DNA of 63,305 bases, filler included, from 9 parts of 9 records of this genome joined end to end with filler, not necessarily neighbours in it; one strand, 5' to 3'. Positions 23,540-34,177 are shown, numbered from the whole stretch's first letter. Notes: a model not told the origin generated them from the letters alone. Numbers and translations: made by a program.

Positions 23540-26500
23540 CTAAAAATCGCCCTCCGTCATCAGCGGTCCCATAATCGATGCAAACTCCTCAAACTTGATC
23601 AAGCCCCCGGTCGCAATGCTGCTCATGATTTGATCAATCTCATCCCGATCAATCGCCACCCCTAGCGCCGCCATGGCCTCCTCTAGCTCGATCGCGTCAA
23701 TCGCACCTGCCACCACCCTCCTGTCACCGAGCGATTCTGTTGATCAAATGAATAATATCATTTCAATCACCGGAGCCGTCCAAGTCGAACAGCTCGAAAG
23801 CCTCTCGCAGCTGCCACATGAGCTCCTCATCCGCCTCGGGTAAGTTGAACTCGACTGCTGGCTCCGGATTGGCTGGCCTTGGCTTGGGGTGCGCCATCCC
23901 AATCGATCCCGCCACTGCCAGGATCCCTAACCACTAACATGTCAGTTGCTCCAAGAGCAGGGCGGACCGGCGGTGCTGCCAGTGTGGTCGTCGGATAGCT
24001 TCATGCTGGCCGGCAGCCCGGCCTTGGCGTATTTGCTGTACAGCTGGTGCACGGGCGACGGCTCCACCGACAGCTTGGATGGCTCCACCTTGGCGTGCAC
24101 CGTAGCGGCCGCTGCAACCAGTCAGTGCCCGACAACAAGCCGCCCGCATCACCGGCTGGAATCGTGTGCCCGCCGGGCGCCACGGGTGGCTTGGGCACGG
24201 GCCCTGGTTTGGTCGGCCGGCCAAAGGTGCCAAAGGCGTCTGTTACAGCGCTGTAGGTGGCCTTGGCCGAGGTGTCGCGGACGATCGGGGCCAGCACCTG
24301 TCGGTTGGGGATTAAATTGTGGGTCGGTTGGGGATTACTGTGACAAACTCTTCCAGGTGGATCTGGCCGTCTTGCCTCAGGTCGACTGTACTCATCACAT
24401 TGCTCACAAACTCCGGTGTCACCTGCAACCGACACTAACCGACACCGACTGACACAAGCAGCCGCACCTCCATACCAAGTGCTTCCATGGCCTCGCTGAG
24501 CTCTTCGATGTCTATGTTTTGAGAATTGTCGGTGTCAAACAAATCAAAAGCCGCCACCTGAACCCAATCAGAGAGCACAATCCAGCTCAGCGACCAGCTG
24601 GTGCAACTGCGGCCGCGACAGCCCGAGTCCGAGACTCAGCAAGCTCTCTATCCGATGCTTCCCCTCGGCTGCCTCCGACATGCCTGTACAGCCGTTGTTT
24701 ACTCTCTAGCCGCCAGTTAGTGTCACGGCCGTTGACGAGTTCCTTCTGGGTGGAGGCGGGCGCGTTGATGATGCTGCAGAACTCTTCAAAGTCGATCGTG
24801 CCGCTCTTGTCTGCGTCCACTTGACTGAAAATATGCGCCACCTACCGAGCAAATCATAATTCAATCCATCAGTCCACGGACCTCTTGGCTGGAGGCCGGG
24901 AGCCCGAGCGCGTGCATCGCGTCGCTCAGCTCCTCGAGCTCAATCGTGCCAGAATCGTCCAAGTCAAACAGCTCAAACACCTTCCACACGCCGTCACGGC
25001 CCCCAGGCACCGTCCCTACCGCCCGCAGCTCGTCCTGAGGGAGCGACGGCGTGGCTTCGTTCGACACAACTGACGACATCAGCGGCTTGGCCAGCCCCAG
25101 GAACTGCTCCCAGTCCAGCTGCTGCCGGCCCTGGAGCAGCTCGGTCGTCTTTTCCGTTGGGAGAGGCACTCCAAGCGCCTGTACACAGCAGGGTCATGCG
25201 AATTGATTGAATCAGGCCGCCTGGAGCATCTCGGGCAAGTCTGAGCTGGCCGCCATCCCGTCCTCGGCGTACAGCTCCCACGTGTCCTTGATCTCATCCA
25301 GCACCTGCCCCAGCTCACCAACCGACTCCACCGCCGCCTCACCGGGTCATCGGCCGAGCTCGGCACCGGGTCCGCAGGTGCCAAGCTCCGGGCGGGCTCA
25401 GAGAGCCGCAGATGGAGGTCCAATGCATGCGCGTCCGGATTGAACGTGAAGCAGAGCAGAGCGCGGGCTTGCGAGCAGCTGGTCAGCTCCGGCGGCGAGA
25501 GCACCGCCGTCACAGTCCGCAGCTCGGAGGCCGGCTCGGCCGAGCTTTGGTCAGTCCATTTCAAGTCTAGTCGGGCCTGAGATCTCAGAGCTGAGTCCCG
25601 CTGTGTGAGGTGCAGGCAGCACCTCGGCCACGGCGTGCTGACTGGGCGGGATCTGGCTCAGGGCCTCGATCGGCTGCTTGTTGGGCACTGCAATCAGCGC
25701 CTCGTCGTATTGCGTTTCGAGAGCATCAAACGAGCCCAGTTTGGCCGGTGGAGTCGCTGGCCCGGAGCGCGAGTGCAGGTTCTTGGAGCGCTGGAAGGCC
25801 TCAAGCCACTGGGTGGTCGCGTGCTGCGTGTCGGCGTCAAATTCTAGCGGCTCGCCTGCCAATTGTGAGCGAGGGCGCAGGTGAGAGGTGCCGTCGTGGT
25901 GCATTACGCTGAAGCAGTTGGCTTGCTCGGCCCGGACGACTTGTGTGAGGCGATGGAGGGCGATTACATACCTGGGCGGCACATTCAGTGTGTTGATGCG
26001 ACTTAGGGAGAGACTTCGGCTTGGTCTCGTTCTTGTCGCCAAACACCTTGAACCAGGTCGGATCGAGCACGCACCTGGTTTGAATTCGAATCGATTAACA
26101 AGCGTTAACCCACCAACGGACGTTCCAAGTGACCCCGCTGGCGCCCTTCTTCTTGAGATGGCCCGACCACACGATCTGCTCGCAACCATCAGTGTCACCC
26201 TCCCAAGCAGCAAGTGACCTGTGACAGGTTGGGCGTCTGTGGGGCTTGGGCCAGCTCCTGCTGGGCTGTCAGAGTTTCCTAATTAGGAATCATGTGTTAA
26301 CCTGCTGCGCCTGGTGCAGCTGCTGCCTCAGCTGCGCCTTGAGCAACTCCTCGGCCCCAGAACTCTTCACAGCCCCTCCCGCCCGCGACAGCGACAAGAT
26401 CTCGGCACGTGCCTCGTCCAGCGCCGAAGTCGCCTTTTGAATTCAAAAAAGGCGGTTAAAACCGGCCCGCCGGTGGGCAGCGACCTGGTCCAGCTCGCCT

Positions 26501-28746
26501 CGGAGTGAGAGCTCGATCTGCCGGAGCTCGGCGAACCTGTTAACACTGATTAATCCCAAGTTAACACTCTTTTAATCCGGCGCACCGGGTGCTGGGCTCG
26601 GGCGGCTGGCTCTTGGAGGCGTCGAGCGCCTGGTTGGCTTGGGTGAGCTGATCTCTGAGCGTGGCATTCTCCTGCTGAGCCGTCTCGGACATCGCTAGCA
26701 CCTGCTCATGTTGGCGGACCGGACCCTAACTGGTTTCAACTGACCTTTTCAAGGTCAGACTCGAGGTTCCGGCCCTCAGCCTCCAGCTGGCCCAACTGCT
26801 GGTCCCTGGCCGCGAGCAGCCCGGCCTGCCAGCCCAAATCAACGGACATTAACGGACATTTCGGACCTGATTCTCGACTTCCTTAGAGAGAGCGCTCGCT
26901 TCGTTCTGCGAGGCAGCCAGCCCTGTCTCGGCCTGCTGCGCCGCCTCATCAGCCTGCATCAGCGCCGCCTGCACCACTCGCTCAATATTTGAAATAATGT
27001 GATTAATTGCCTGGCAGAGAACAAGCTCATCGCGGAGTCGTGAGTTCTCCGCTGCTAGCTGCCGCGCCTTGGCCGCCGCAGCCTTGGCCGCCTCAAGCTC
27101 CGACTCCAACAGACTCGCCTGCGCCGCCATTCGGCACCAGGCCGCGGAATATTAATGTGAATTAAATATCAACAATCAGTGAGCGTGCCTGCTGCTTGTG
27201 CTTGGAACCCTCGGAGCGAGCGTCGTGCAGCTCGCGCTGCAACTCAGCGACCTTGGCCTCGGCCGCTGCCAGCGCCGCAGACATCTCCGCGCTCGCCGCC
27301 GCTGCCTTTTTGCTCTCGTCCGCCGCCCTAAAATGCCGTTAGATTCAGTTAATCGCCCAGCTCACTCGTGTTTCTGAAGTTCTAGTTTCGCAGCAGCCGC
27401 CACCAGCTCGGCCTCGAGAGCCTCCACCTGCCTCCTGCTGAGCCCCGAGCACCCAGCCACCCGCCACCTTGGCGTCTGAGGCCGCTAGCGCTGCCTGCGC
27501 CGCCCTGTTGGGTGGCTTTGCGCCGCTTGACTGAGCCGCCTGCACTCGCTCAGTTGCTGCGCAGTCTGTGGCCGGTGACGCGACACGGCGAGGATCACAC
27601 ACCGGCCTGCTGCAGGCGGCCGCCGCTTGATGGAATTGCTCGATTATCCGATCGAATTCCAACGGATCTCGAGGCAACGCAGCCTCAAAGTGCCTCACAA
27701 ACTCGTCGCAGCTCACATTTCCGTCGCCGTCCGCGTCCACCCGATCGACTAGCCGGGCGTTCTGAGCAGCCGACCAGCCGCCGGGCTTGTGCCCGAGCGT
27801 CCTGCGGGCCTGGCCCAGCTGGAGCAGCTCCTGGGCTTGGATAGTGCCGTTTCCGTCCAAATCAAACAGCTTAAACACTGCAGCAAGCCCGGACCGGCGC
27901 TGCTCCTAGGGCGGGCTCACAGACTGACGGGAGCGACAGCTAGGACCGGTGCTATTTATAGATATTGCGGGGTGCGGGTACCGAGTCGGCTGGCTGTGCC
28001 GCTGGGGCGAGCTGGGCAGGAGGCGGAGCAGAGGCGCGTGAGCCTGCGTACCTGTCCATCCTGGCTTAACACTGTTTAATCCGGGGAAACGGACTTGGAT
28101 TTGAGCCGGTGGAGCCCGCGCCCGAGCCTTGGCATGCTCTTGGCTCGCCAGCTGCACCAGCGCGGGCTCAGCCCCCGGCCGCGGGGGGGGGGGGCACATC
28201 CGCACGCCGCGCTTGACCCGAACCATCACCCAAGCCTGCCGTTGGCTCAACGGACAGATCTATAAATAGAACACCTGGAGCACTTCGCACGTGATCAGCA
28301 GCCCTCGCAGCCGTTGGGCTGACGCCTGCACAGCCGGCTCCCCGGCGCCCAACAGCCCAGCGCACCTCCCTCCGGCTGAGGAGCTGCGCCTTGCCCTGCA
28401 CCTCCAGCCGCGCCGACATCGCCGACCGCTGCTCGCTCAGCCCGGCCCGGTCCGCCGTCGGTTGCACCCGGCCTCTAAACCCGCCGGAGCTGAGCTTTTT
28501 ATTCCGTCTCCAGAGCTGAATCGTCCGCTTCCCGGCTCGCTTGGTCAGGAACCGGGCCAGCAGGGCCAGCCCGCGGGTCAACCCCGGCTGTGGTTGGACT
28601 GCTGACGGCGGGTCCCGACGCCGCCGCCCAGCGCGGAGTGCGTCGATCTCTTGCTGGTAGCTGCGCCGCTGGGTGAGGGGGGGCCCGGCGGACGGGGCAG
28701 ACCGGCTCTTGGGGGGGGCGGCGGGGGCGCGGCGGGAAAGGTTCAT
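23540..28746 (-). CDS. Large multi-exon protein with EF-hand pairs, coiled coil and PH-like domain
   Basis: EF loops FDLDGNGTI, VDADGDGNV, FDLDDSGTI, VDADKSGTI, FDLDGSGAI. A/E/Q-rich coiled-coil exons at 26300-27500; PH-like LEFDADTQHATTQWLEAF. Many short introns; stop TAG at 23540-23542. May be more than one gene. Confidence 0.65.
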
Positions 28747-29475
28747 GGCCCGCTCGATCCATGCCAGCTTGGCCTCCTCTTGGTCCCCCGGCTGCCCCCC
28801 GCCCGCTCAGCCCCCGGGCGCGAGGCCGGCGGCACACCATCGCTGCCTTCACCTCGAAGCAGTTACGGCCGTTCCGTTTGAACGGACGAACTGGCATCTT
28901 CTGGCGGGGTGGCGGGCGTTCTGCAGTGCTGCTCTATTGAGCTCTACAGTCTATACGTGCAGTACTCTGAAGAGCTCTCAAACATCGCTACCCGGATTGA
29001 ATCATCCTTGTCGTATGGTTTATTAGGCCTGCTTTAGGAGCAGCCTAGCGCTCATTAGGTGGGCCTCCTGAAGCTGTTTACGGAACTAACATTAGCTCAA
29101 GACGCGCCGTACAAACTCCTCGAGCCGAGTAGCCTGATTCAAAGCCATCCTCCGACCTCAACACGAGCGATCAGGGCACCAGCGTCAGCCCCACGCTCCC
29201 GAGTCCCTCAAACCGCGCCGACAGCTTCAGCCGGCCGGGCCCGACCTCCGCCCCCGCCAGCCGGCCGGCCTTCACGTCCTCCGCCACGTGCGGAGGCACC
29301 CAGCGCCCACCGAGCAGTGCGGCCTGCCACGCCAGTCATCTCGGCCGGTATATATACGCTGCACCTGGCAGCAGTGGCCCGCGATGACCAGCGAACCAGG
29401 CTCTAGAGGCACTCCGTGCTTGCCACAGAGCTCCTCCACCAAGCAGCAGAGCGACCCGAGCGGCGAGTCCGTCGG

Positions 29476-29575
29476 NNNNNNNNNNNNNNNNNNNNNNNNN
29501 NNNNNNNNNNNNNNNNNNNTTAATTAATTAANNNNNNNNNNNNNNNNNNNNNNNNNNNNNNNNNNNNNNNNNNNN
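29476..29575. other. Artificial contig-joining linker
   Basis: N-run / TTAATTAATTAA / N-run, 100 bp. Confidence 0.98.
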
Positions 29576-29617
29576 AGTTAGATTTGTACAATTTTTTCGC
29601 CGTGCGTTGACATGTAC

Positions 29618-32242
29618 TCACAGTGAAGTCATTCGAGTTTTACAGTCTTCGGTGACCTCTGTCACCGTGCACTTGGCTGCCAGTAATTGGCGACGATGAG
29701 CCTTGGCGCACTGTCCGCATTTCCACGGCGTCGGATACGAGGCCGCCGGGCAGTTGGTTTCGAGTGTGGCCTCACACGGCCCTGAAGGACCCGGGCGCGG
29801 CCCTGGCTCGCTGGCGCAAGACGGGTTGCAGGGCAGGTCATGATTTGCGTCGTCGCAAGTATCACGGGTAATTGCGTTTAGAACCTCGCTGCGGTCCCAA
29901 AACCAGTCGCCCAGCAGCTCTCCACTGGTCTTGCCTCCAATCTTGGTCTCCCCGCCAACGCTCAGGCCTTGGGTGTGCTCGTAGCAACTGGCCAGGAAAA
30001 TCCCGTCACCTGGTTTGAGCGAAGCGGTAGAATTGCGCATGCCTCGGCCAAAATACTGGATATACTTGTGCCCTTCCGCGGTGCGAGCAGCAGCCTTGGG
30101 CATCAAGCCCTGCGCACTGATTTGATTGGTATCGTACATATTTTGCATGACATACATTGGGGTTTTGACGTAGTGGTAAGCTACGTGGACTGTTGAGCAC
30201 TTGTACTCCTCTGCTTGAGACTGGGCTGCGATACAGGCCGGTGGCGCCACGGGCTTCCACAGGCCGTTGATCAGGCTGCTCTGGGGTACGTGGTTGGTGG
30301 TGCGACCGGCGATAAAGTCCGGATACAACGAGGGCGGCGCCCACGAGTCGCCTGCTGCAGCCTGGTCCGGATACTCGCCCCCAAAGAACCACCCGCCTGA
30401 GGGTGCCGCCTTGACAACGACGGACGGCGGCATGAAGGATGCCAACCAGTCCGCATTGTAGACGGTGCCGATCCCACCCGCGGAGCCCCCGGTAAGCAAA
30501 ACCCGCTCGGCCTTCGCAAAAGCCGCAGCCGCCGTCGAGACCTTGACGTGGTCGACAATAGCCTGAAAATTGAGATGCCCGCTAAAGTAGAGGCCCCATG
30601 TGGCAGCAGACGAGACGTTGTTTTGGCCGCGGTGGCAGTCGCCAGACACATAGGGCACGTAAACCATATTGGCATCGTAGAAATCTGGATTCGCCTCCGG
30701 GTCTGCCGAAAGCTGGCCGGTGGCTTGCTCGATGGTGGCCGGCATGTTCTTTGAGGAGCCCAGGCTGCTCTTGCTCCGACTGGTGCACGACTCCTTGGTA
30801 TAGCAGGCGCCGCCGCCTTCGAGGCTAAACAGCCACAGCGTCGACGAGCTGTTCTTGGAAGCACGGAAGTAGTATGGAGCCGGCGAGCCGTCGAGGCACT
30901 GGGCGCCTCCAGATACGGTGTAGAGCGTCAGGGATGAGTCGACCGCGCTGGCGACAACGGCCCGGGAGTCGATGAACTTCTGAAGCCCGGCCCGAGCGCC
31001 TTTGTTGGCCACGAACGGGCCCAAGTTATAATACCTGAGCTGTGTCACCTCGCCATACGGGCAGCTGAAGCCCTTGGAGAAATAGTCTGTCCATTCCTCT
31101 GGATCCTCACACCCGAAGCAAGCGGTCTCCGCCACCACAAACTGGTTGTCCCAAGGCTTGCCCGACGCGTGTTTAGCCAAGGCAGCTTTGAGCCCTGGCT
31201 GGCCGATTGGGCTCTTGTTGGTTCCGTAATAAAACGACCAGCCCGGGACCACCGCGGGGTCTGGCATCGCGGCATCCCACCGAAGCAGCTTGGGGTCAGC
31301 AGTATTCCCAACGTGGGTCTGGAGGAGCCCGTTGCGCGCGAGGTCCGGCCATGCCTCCAGGCAGCCGGTCACTAGCTTTCCGAGGTACTGCCGCACTCCG
31401 GCGGATATCTCATCTCTGGTGGGTGGACCGCCAGAGCTGCGGAGCCCGAGTGTGCGCAGCATGTTATACCCCTGGGCTGGCAGCCCTCCAAATAGGCCTT
31501 TCTTCCAGTCCGCACCGTAGGTCGGGTCCTGGCTCTTGGGTCGGTGCACTATCTCGTTCCCGTCCGGATAATAATAATAGTTGGCCCCCACGTCAATCTC
31601 CTCGCCGATCTTCAGACCGACAAGCAGCTGCTGGACTGCCTCGGTCTGCGCCTCCCACCAGCCGCGGATGGCCCGCACTACTGTTGTCAGCGCCACCGTG
31701 CTCCTATTCACCAACGCCGGACTGGCGAAGTTTGGCTGCGGAGTTGGCATCCTGAACTGGGAGCCCCAGTTGCGCCAAGCGGCGGCTGTGGCGTTGGCGG
31801 GGGACCAACCAGTCCACTCGACGTTGGCGCGGTTGTCCGGGTCGTACCCCGGCTGGCTAGGGTCCCACCAGTTCCAAAGCCCGGTGCCGAACCAGAATTG
31901 AGCCGGATCCAGCGTGATGTGCACAGGGGTGCTGGTTTGCTTGGCCGAGTCGAGGAACCGGAGCACACCGGCAACGGTCTGGCTTGTGGTGCAGTCGTGC
32001 GGGGAGAGGAAGCAGTCCAGCAGCTCCCACTGGTACGTGAGTCCCACCCGCACCCGGTTAGAGTCGGACAGGTTGAGTCTGGCCCGCAGCGTGTTGAACG
32101 ACTCCGGGCTGAACGACTCCGGCCGCTGCTGCGCCCAGACCGCGTCACCCGCGGTGGGCGCTTGCATGAACAGCACGTACCGCGGTGGGCTGGCCGCCGC
32201 CCCGACGGAAAACAGCCCACACAAGACGGCGAGCACCTGCAT
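29618..32242 (-). CDS. Secreted fusion: uncharacterised glycoside-hydrolase-like domain + pectin acetylesterase + small Cys-rich tail
   Basis: Signal peptide MQVLAVLCGLFSVGAAA; ~420-aa Trp-rich N-domain; PAE motifs CLDGSPA, EGGGAC, GGSAGG, MYDTNQ, SCYEH; Pro/Gly linker and a 6-Cys tail. Confidence 0.82.
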   Translation of the reverse strand: MQVLAVLCGLFSVGAAASPPRYVLFMQAPTAGDAVWAQQRPESFSPESFNTLRARLNLSDSNRVRVGLTYQWELLDCFLSPHDCTTSQTVAGVLRFLDSAKQTSTPVHITLDPAQFWFGTGLWNWWDPSQPGYDPDNRANVEWTGWSPANATAAAWRNWGSQFRMPTPQPNFASPALVNRSTVALTTVVRAIRGWWEAQTEAVQQLLVGLKIGEEIDVGANYYYYPDGNEIVHRPKSQDPTYGADWKKGLFGGLPAQGYNMLRTLGLRSSGGPPTRDEISAGVRQYLGKLVTGCLEAWPDLARNGLLQTHVGNTADPKLLRWDAAMPDPAVVPGWSFYYGTNKSPIGQPGLKAALAKHASGKPWDNQFVVAETACFGCEDPEEWTDYFSKGFSCPYGEVTQLRYYNLGPFVANKGARAGLQKFIDSRAVVASAVDSSLTLYTVSGGAQCLDGSPAPYYFRASKNSSSTLWLFSLEGGGACYTKESCTSRSKSSLGSSKNMPATIEQATGQLSADPEANPDFYDANMVYVPYVSGDCHRGQNNVSSAATWGLYFSGHLNFQAIVDHVKVSTAAAAFAKAERVLLTGGSAGGIGTVYNADWLASFMPPSVVVKAAPSGGWFFGGEYPDQAAAGDSWAPPSLYPDFIAGRTTNHVPQSSLINGLWKPVAPPACIAAQSQAEEYKCSTVHVAYHYVKTPMYVMQNMYDTNQISAQGLMPKAAARTAEGHKYIQYFGRGMRNSTASLKPGDGIFLASCYEHTQGLSVGGETKIGGKTSGELLGDWFWDRSEVLNAITRDTCDDANHDLPCNPSCASEPGPRPGPSGPCEATLETNCPAASYPTPWKCGQCAKAHRRQLLAAKCTVTEVTEDCKTRMTSL

Positions 32243-32300
32243 TGTCTCGAGAGTGCCGACGAGCTTTCCGTTGGGGATCCGCACTGCGTCCGGCGCGGCG

Positions 32301-33065
32301 ATGCCTGCTGAGGGGGCAGCCGACGACGCTCATCGGGACGCGGTGATTGCACAGCTGCGGGAGCTCTACATCAACGGCGGGATGTACGAGCGGGTCTCTC
32401 AGATGGATCACGCGCTCCAGTGCGCCAAGCGGGCGGCCGACAGCGGGATGGACGAGCTAACTGTGGTGGCCGCGCTGCTGCACGACATCGGCTGGATGCT
32501 CTCGGCGCGCAAGACCACCGGTGTGCAGGAGAACCAGGCCGAGAGCGGGGACGAGCCTGTTGTGTTCGATGAGGAGTGCCTATCGAAGAAGCTGGGGATT
32601 CTAGATCAGTGCCGGGTGGCCTCGGGTGCCTCGCCCGAGCAGCTGCAGGCGCAGCACGACATCATCGGCGGGTGCTACCTCCGGATGATGGGATTCGAGG
32701 AGAAGATCCCGCACCTAGTGGAGGGGCACGTGCTGGCCAAGCGGTACCTTACCGCCAAGGAGCCCGGCTACCACCAACAGCTGAGCAACGACTCCAAGCG
32801 GACCCTGCTGTTCCAGGGCGGCCCAATGGATGCGTCGGAGATGGCCTGCGTCGAGCAGGATGACTTATTTGAGCTGGGTGCCCAGATGCGGCGCTGGGAT
32901 GACGAAGCCAAGGTTGAAGGGCTGCAAGTGCCCGACTTTGACTCGTACGTGCCGCTGCTGCGGCGGGCCATGGTCAAAGCGCCGAGGGACGCGGCCAGCT
33001 GCTCGTCGGACGCTTTTTTTGTGCGCGAGGGCACCCGGATCGTAGCGGTTCGATCTCCCTTGTAA
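32301..33065 (+). CDS. phnZ: HD-domain phosphonate dioxygenase, PhnZ/TmpB-like
   Basis: YERVSQMDHALQCA, AALLHDIG, HDIIG, HVLAKRYL, LSNDSKRTL..QGGPM and RRWDDEAK match the PhnZ diiron-ligand and substrate-binding pattern. Confidence 0.85.
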   Translation: MPAEGAADDAHRDAVIAQLRELYINGGMYERVSQMDHALQCAKRAADSGMDELTVVAALLHDIGWMLSARKTTGVQENQAESGDEPVVFDEECLSKKLGILDQCRVASGASPEQLQAQHDIIGGCYLRMMGFEEKIPHLVEGHVLAKRYLTAKEPGYHQQLSNDSKRTLLFQGGPMDASEMACVEQDDLFELGAQMRRWDDEAKVEGLQVPDFDSYVPLLRRAMVKAPRDAASCSSDAFFVREGTRIVAVRSPL

Positions 33066-33158
33066 TCAAGTACGAGTACTTACTACTCGTACGTGCGTGT
33101 GCGTGCATCCCTTTGATGTATCAAGCAAGGCTATGAATGGCCTACAAATGATAAAATT

Positions 33159-33949
33159 CTAGATGTCTAGCAAGCCGTCGCCGTCCACAAGTCTGGGCGT
33201 TTATTCCTTCCCTCTTGTCCGGCTACCGCTCTTTTCCTCCGCCTTGGCTAACTTGAGCCGCATGAGTGCTAAGTCCCTCTGCAGCTCTTGCTCTCTGGTC
33301 AGCGCGTCCGCAAGCTTTGCGCGGATCAGCTGCAAGCCGAATCAGCTAGCCCGGCCCAGCCGCACCAGCAGCTCTTCCTCCACTTCGCTCAGCGGCCTCG
33401 CTTCCTGCTCCATGGCCTCGGCCATTTCCTCCTTTGATTCCACCATCCTGCCGGCAAATCAATGAACAATGAAGAACAGGTAGGGTGGCACCGAAGTGCC
33501 TCCGCAAGCTCATCCCGCAGCTGCTTTTCCCTCTCCCTGGCCTCCTGCAGCCAGGCTGCCCGCCGCAGGATGCAGCCAGCCCACCGCCAGCTGCTTCCCA
33601 TGCGCCGCTTCCTTCAGATCCATCGCGATCTTGAGCCGCGACCGCTCCTCTTCAGCTGCGGCTAGCAGTTTTCGCAGCCGACCAGCCTCTTCCTGCAATG
33701 CCGCCGAGTGCGCCCTCGGTTGCATTTCCCTTCTGGCTGCTTCGCTCTGATTCAGCTCTCGCTCCAGTCTGCCACTAGCCACGAGGCGGCGATCAGACGG
33801 CTCATCTGTCCCGGGCTCGCGCCGCACGCCGGCCGGGAGGCCTCGCTCAAGTGCGAATCGCACGAGCCGCGCCGGTTGCCGGCTGGTTCGGCCTGCTGCC
33901 GGGTGCTGGCGACCATCTCGCGCACCCCCCGGGCGCCCCTCAGCGGCAT
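33159..33949 (-). CDS. Small multi-exon coiled-coil protein of unknown function
   Basis: E/R/A/L-rich heptad exons joined by short GT-AG introns (~33330-33365, ~33448-33491, ~33545-33584); stop TAG at 33159-33161. Confidence 0.5.
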
Positions 33950-34018
33950 CCTGCGTGCGCACCCCGAGCTGCCGGGAGAGCCAAGGGTTTACTTTGTATA
34001 ATAATACTCGCGGGGCAA

Positions 34019-34077
34019 CATCGATGAAATCAGCTGCGCATGCCTTTCATCGATGAAATCAGCTGCCTTTCATCGTG
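34019..34077. repeat. Palindrome-containing tandem repeat at contig end
   Basis: CATCGATGAAATCAGCTGC occurs twice, and TTTCATCGATGAAA (34045-34058) is a perfect 14-bp palindrome. Confidence 0.75.
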
Positions 34078-34177
34078 NNNNNNNNNNNNNNNNNNNNNNN
34101 NNNNNNNNNNNNNNNNNNNNNTTAATTAATTAANNNNNNNNNNNNNNNNNNNNNNNNNNNNNNNNNNNNNNNNNNNN
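34078..34177. other. Artificial contig-joining linker
   Basis: N-run / TTAATTAATTAA / N-run, 100 bp. Confidence 0.98.

Noticed and set aside
29059-29475. Pro/Ala-rich plus-strand ORFs at the end of contig 4
   Set aside because: Low complexity, no motif and truncated; cannot be told apart from GC-rich non-coding or UTR sequence.
31914-32300. 128-aa N-terminal extension of the PhnZ ORF overlapping the opposite gene
   Set aside because: It is the antisense of the esterase-fusion gene. PhnZ similarity begins after the ATG at 32301.
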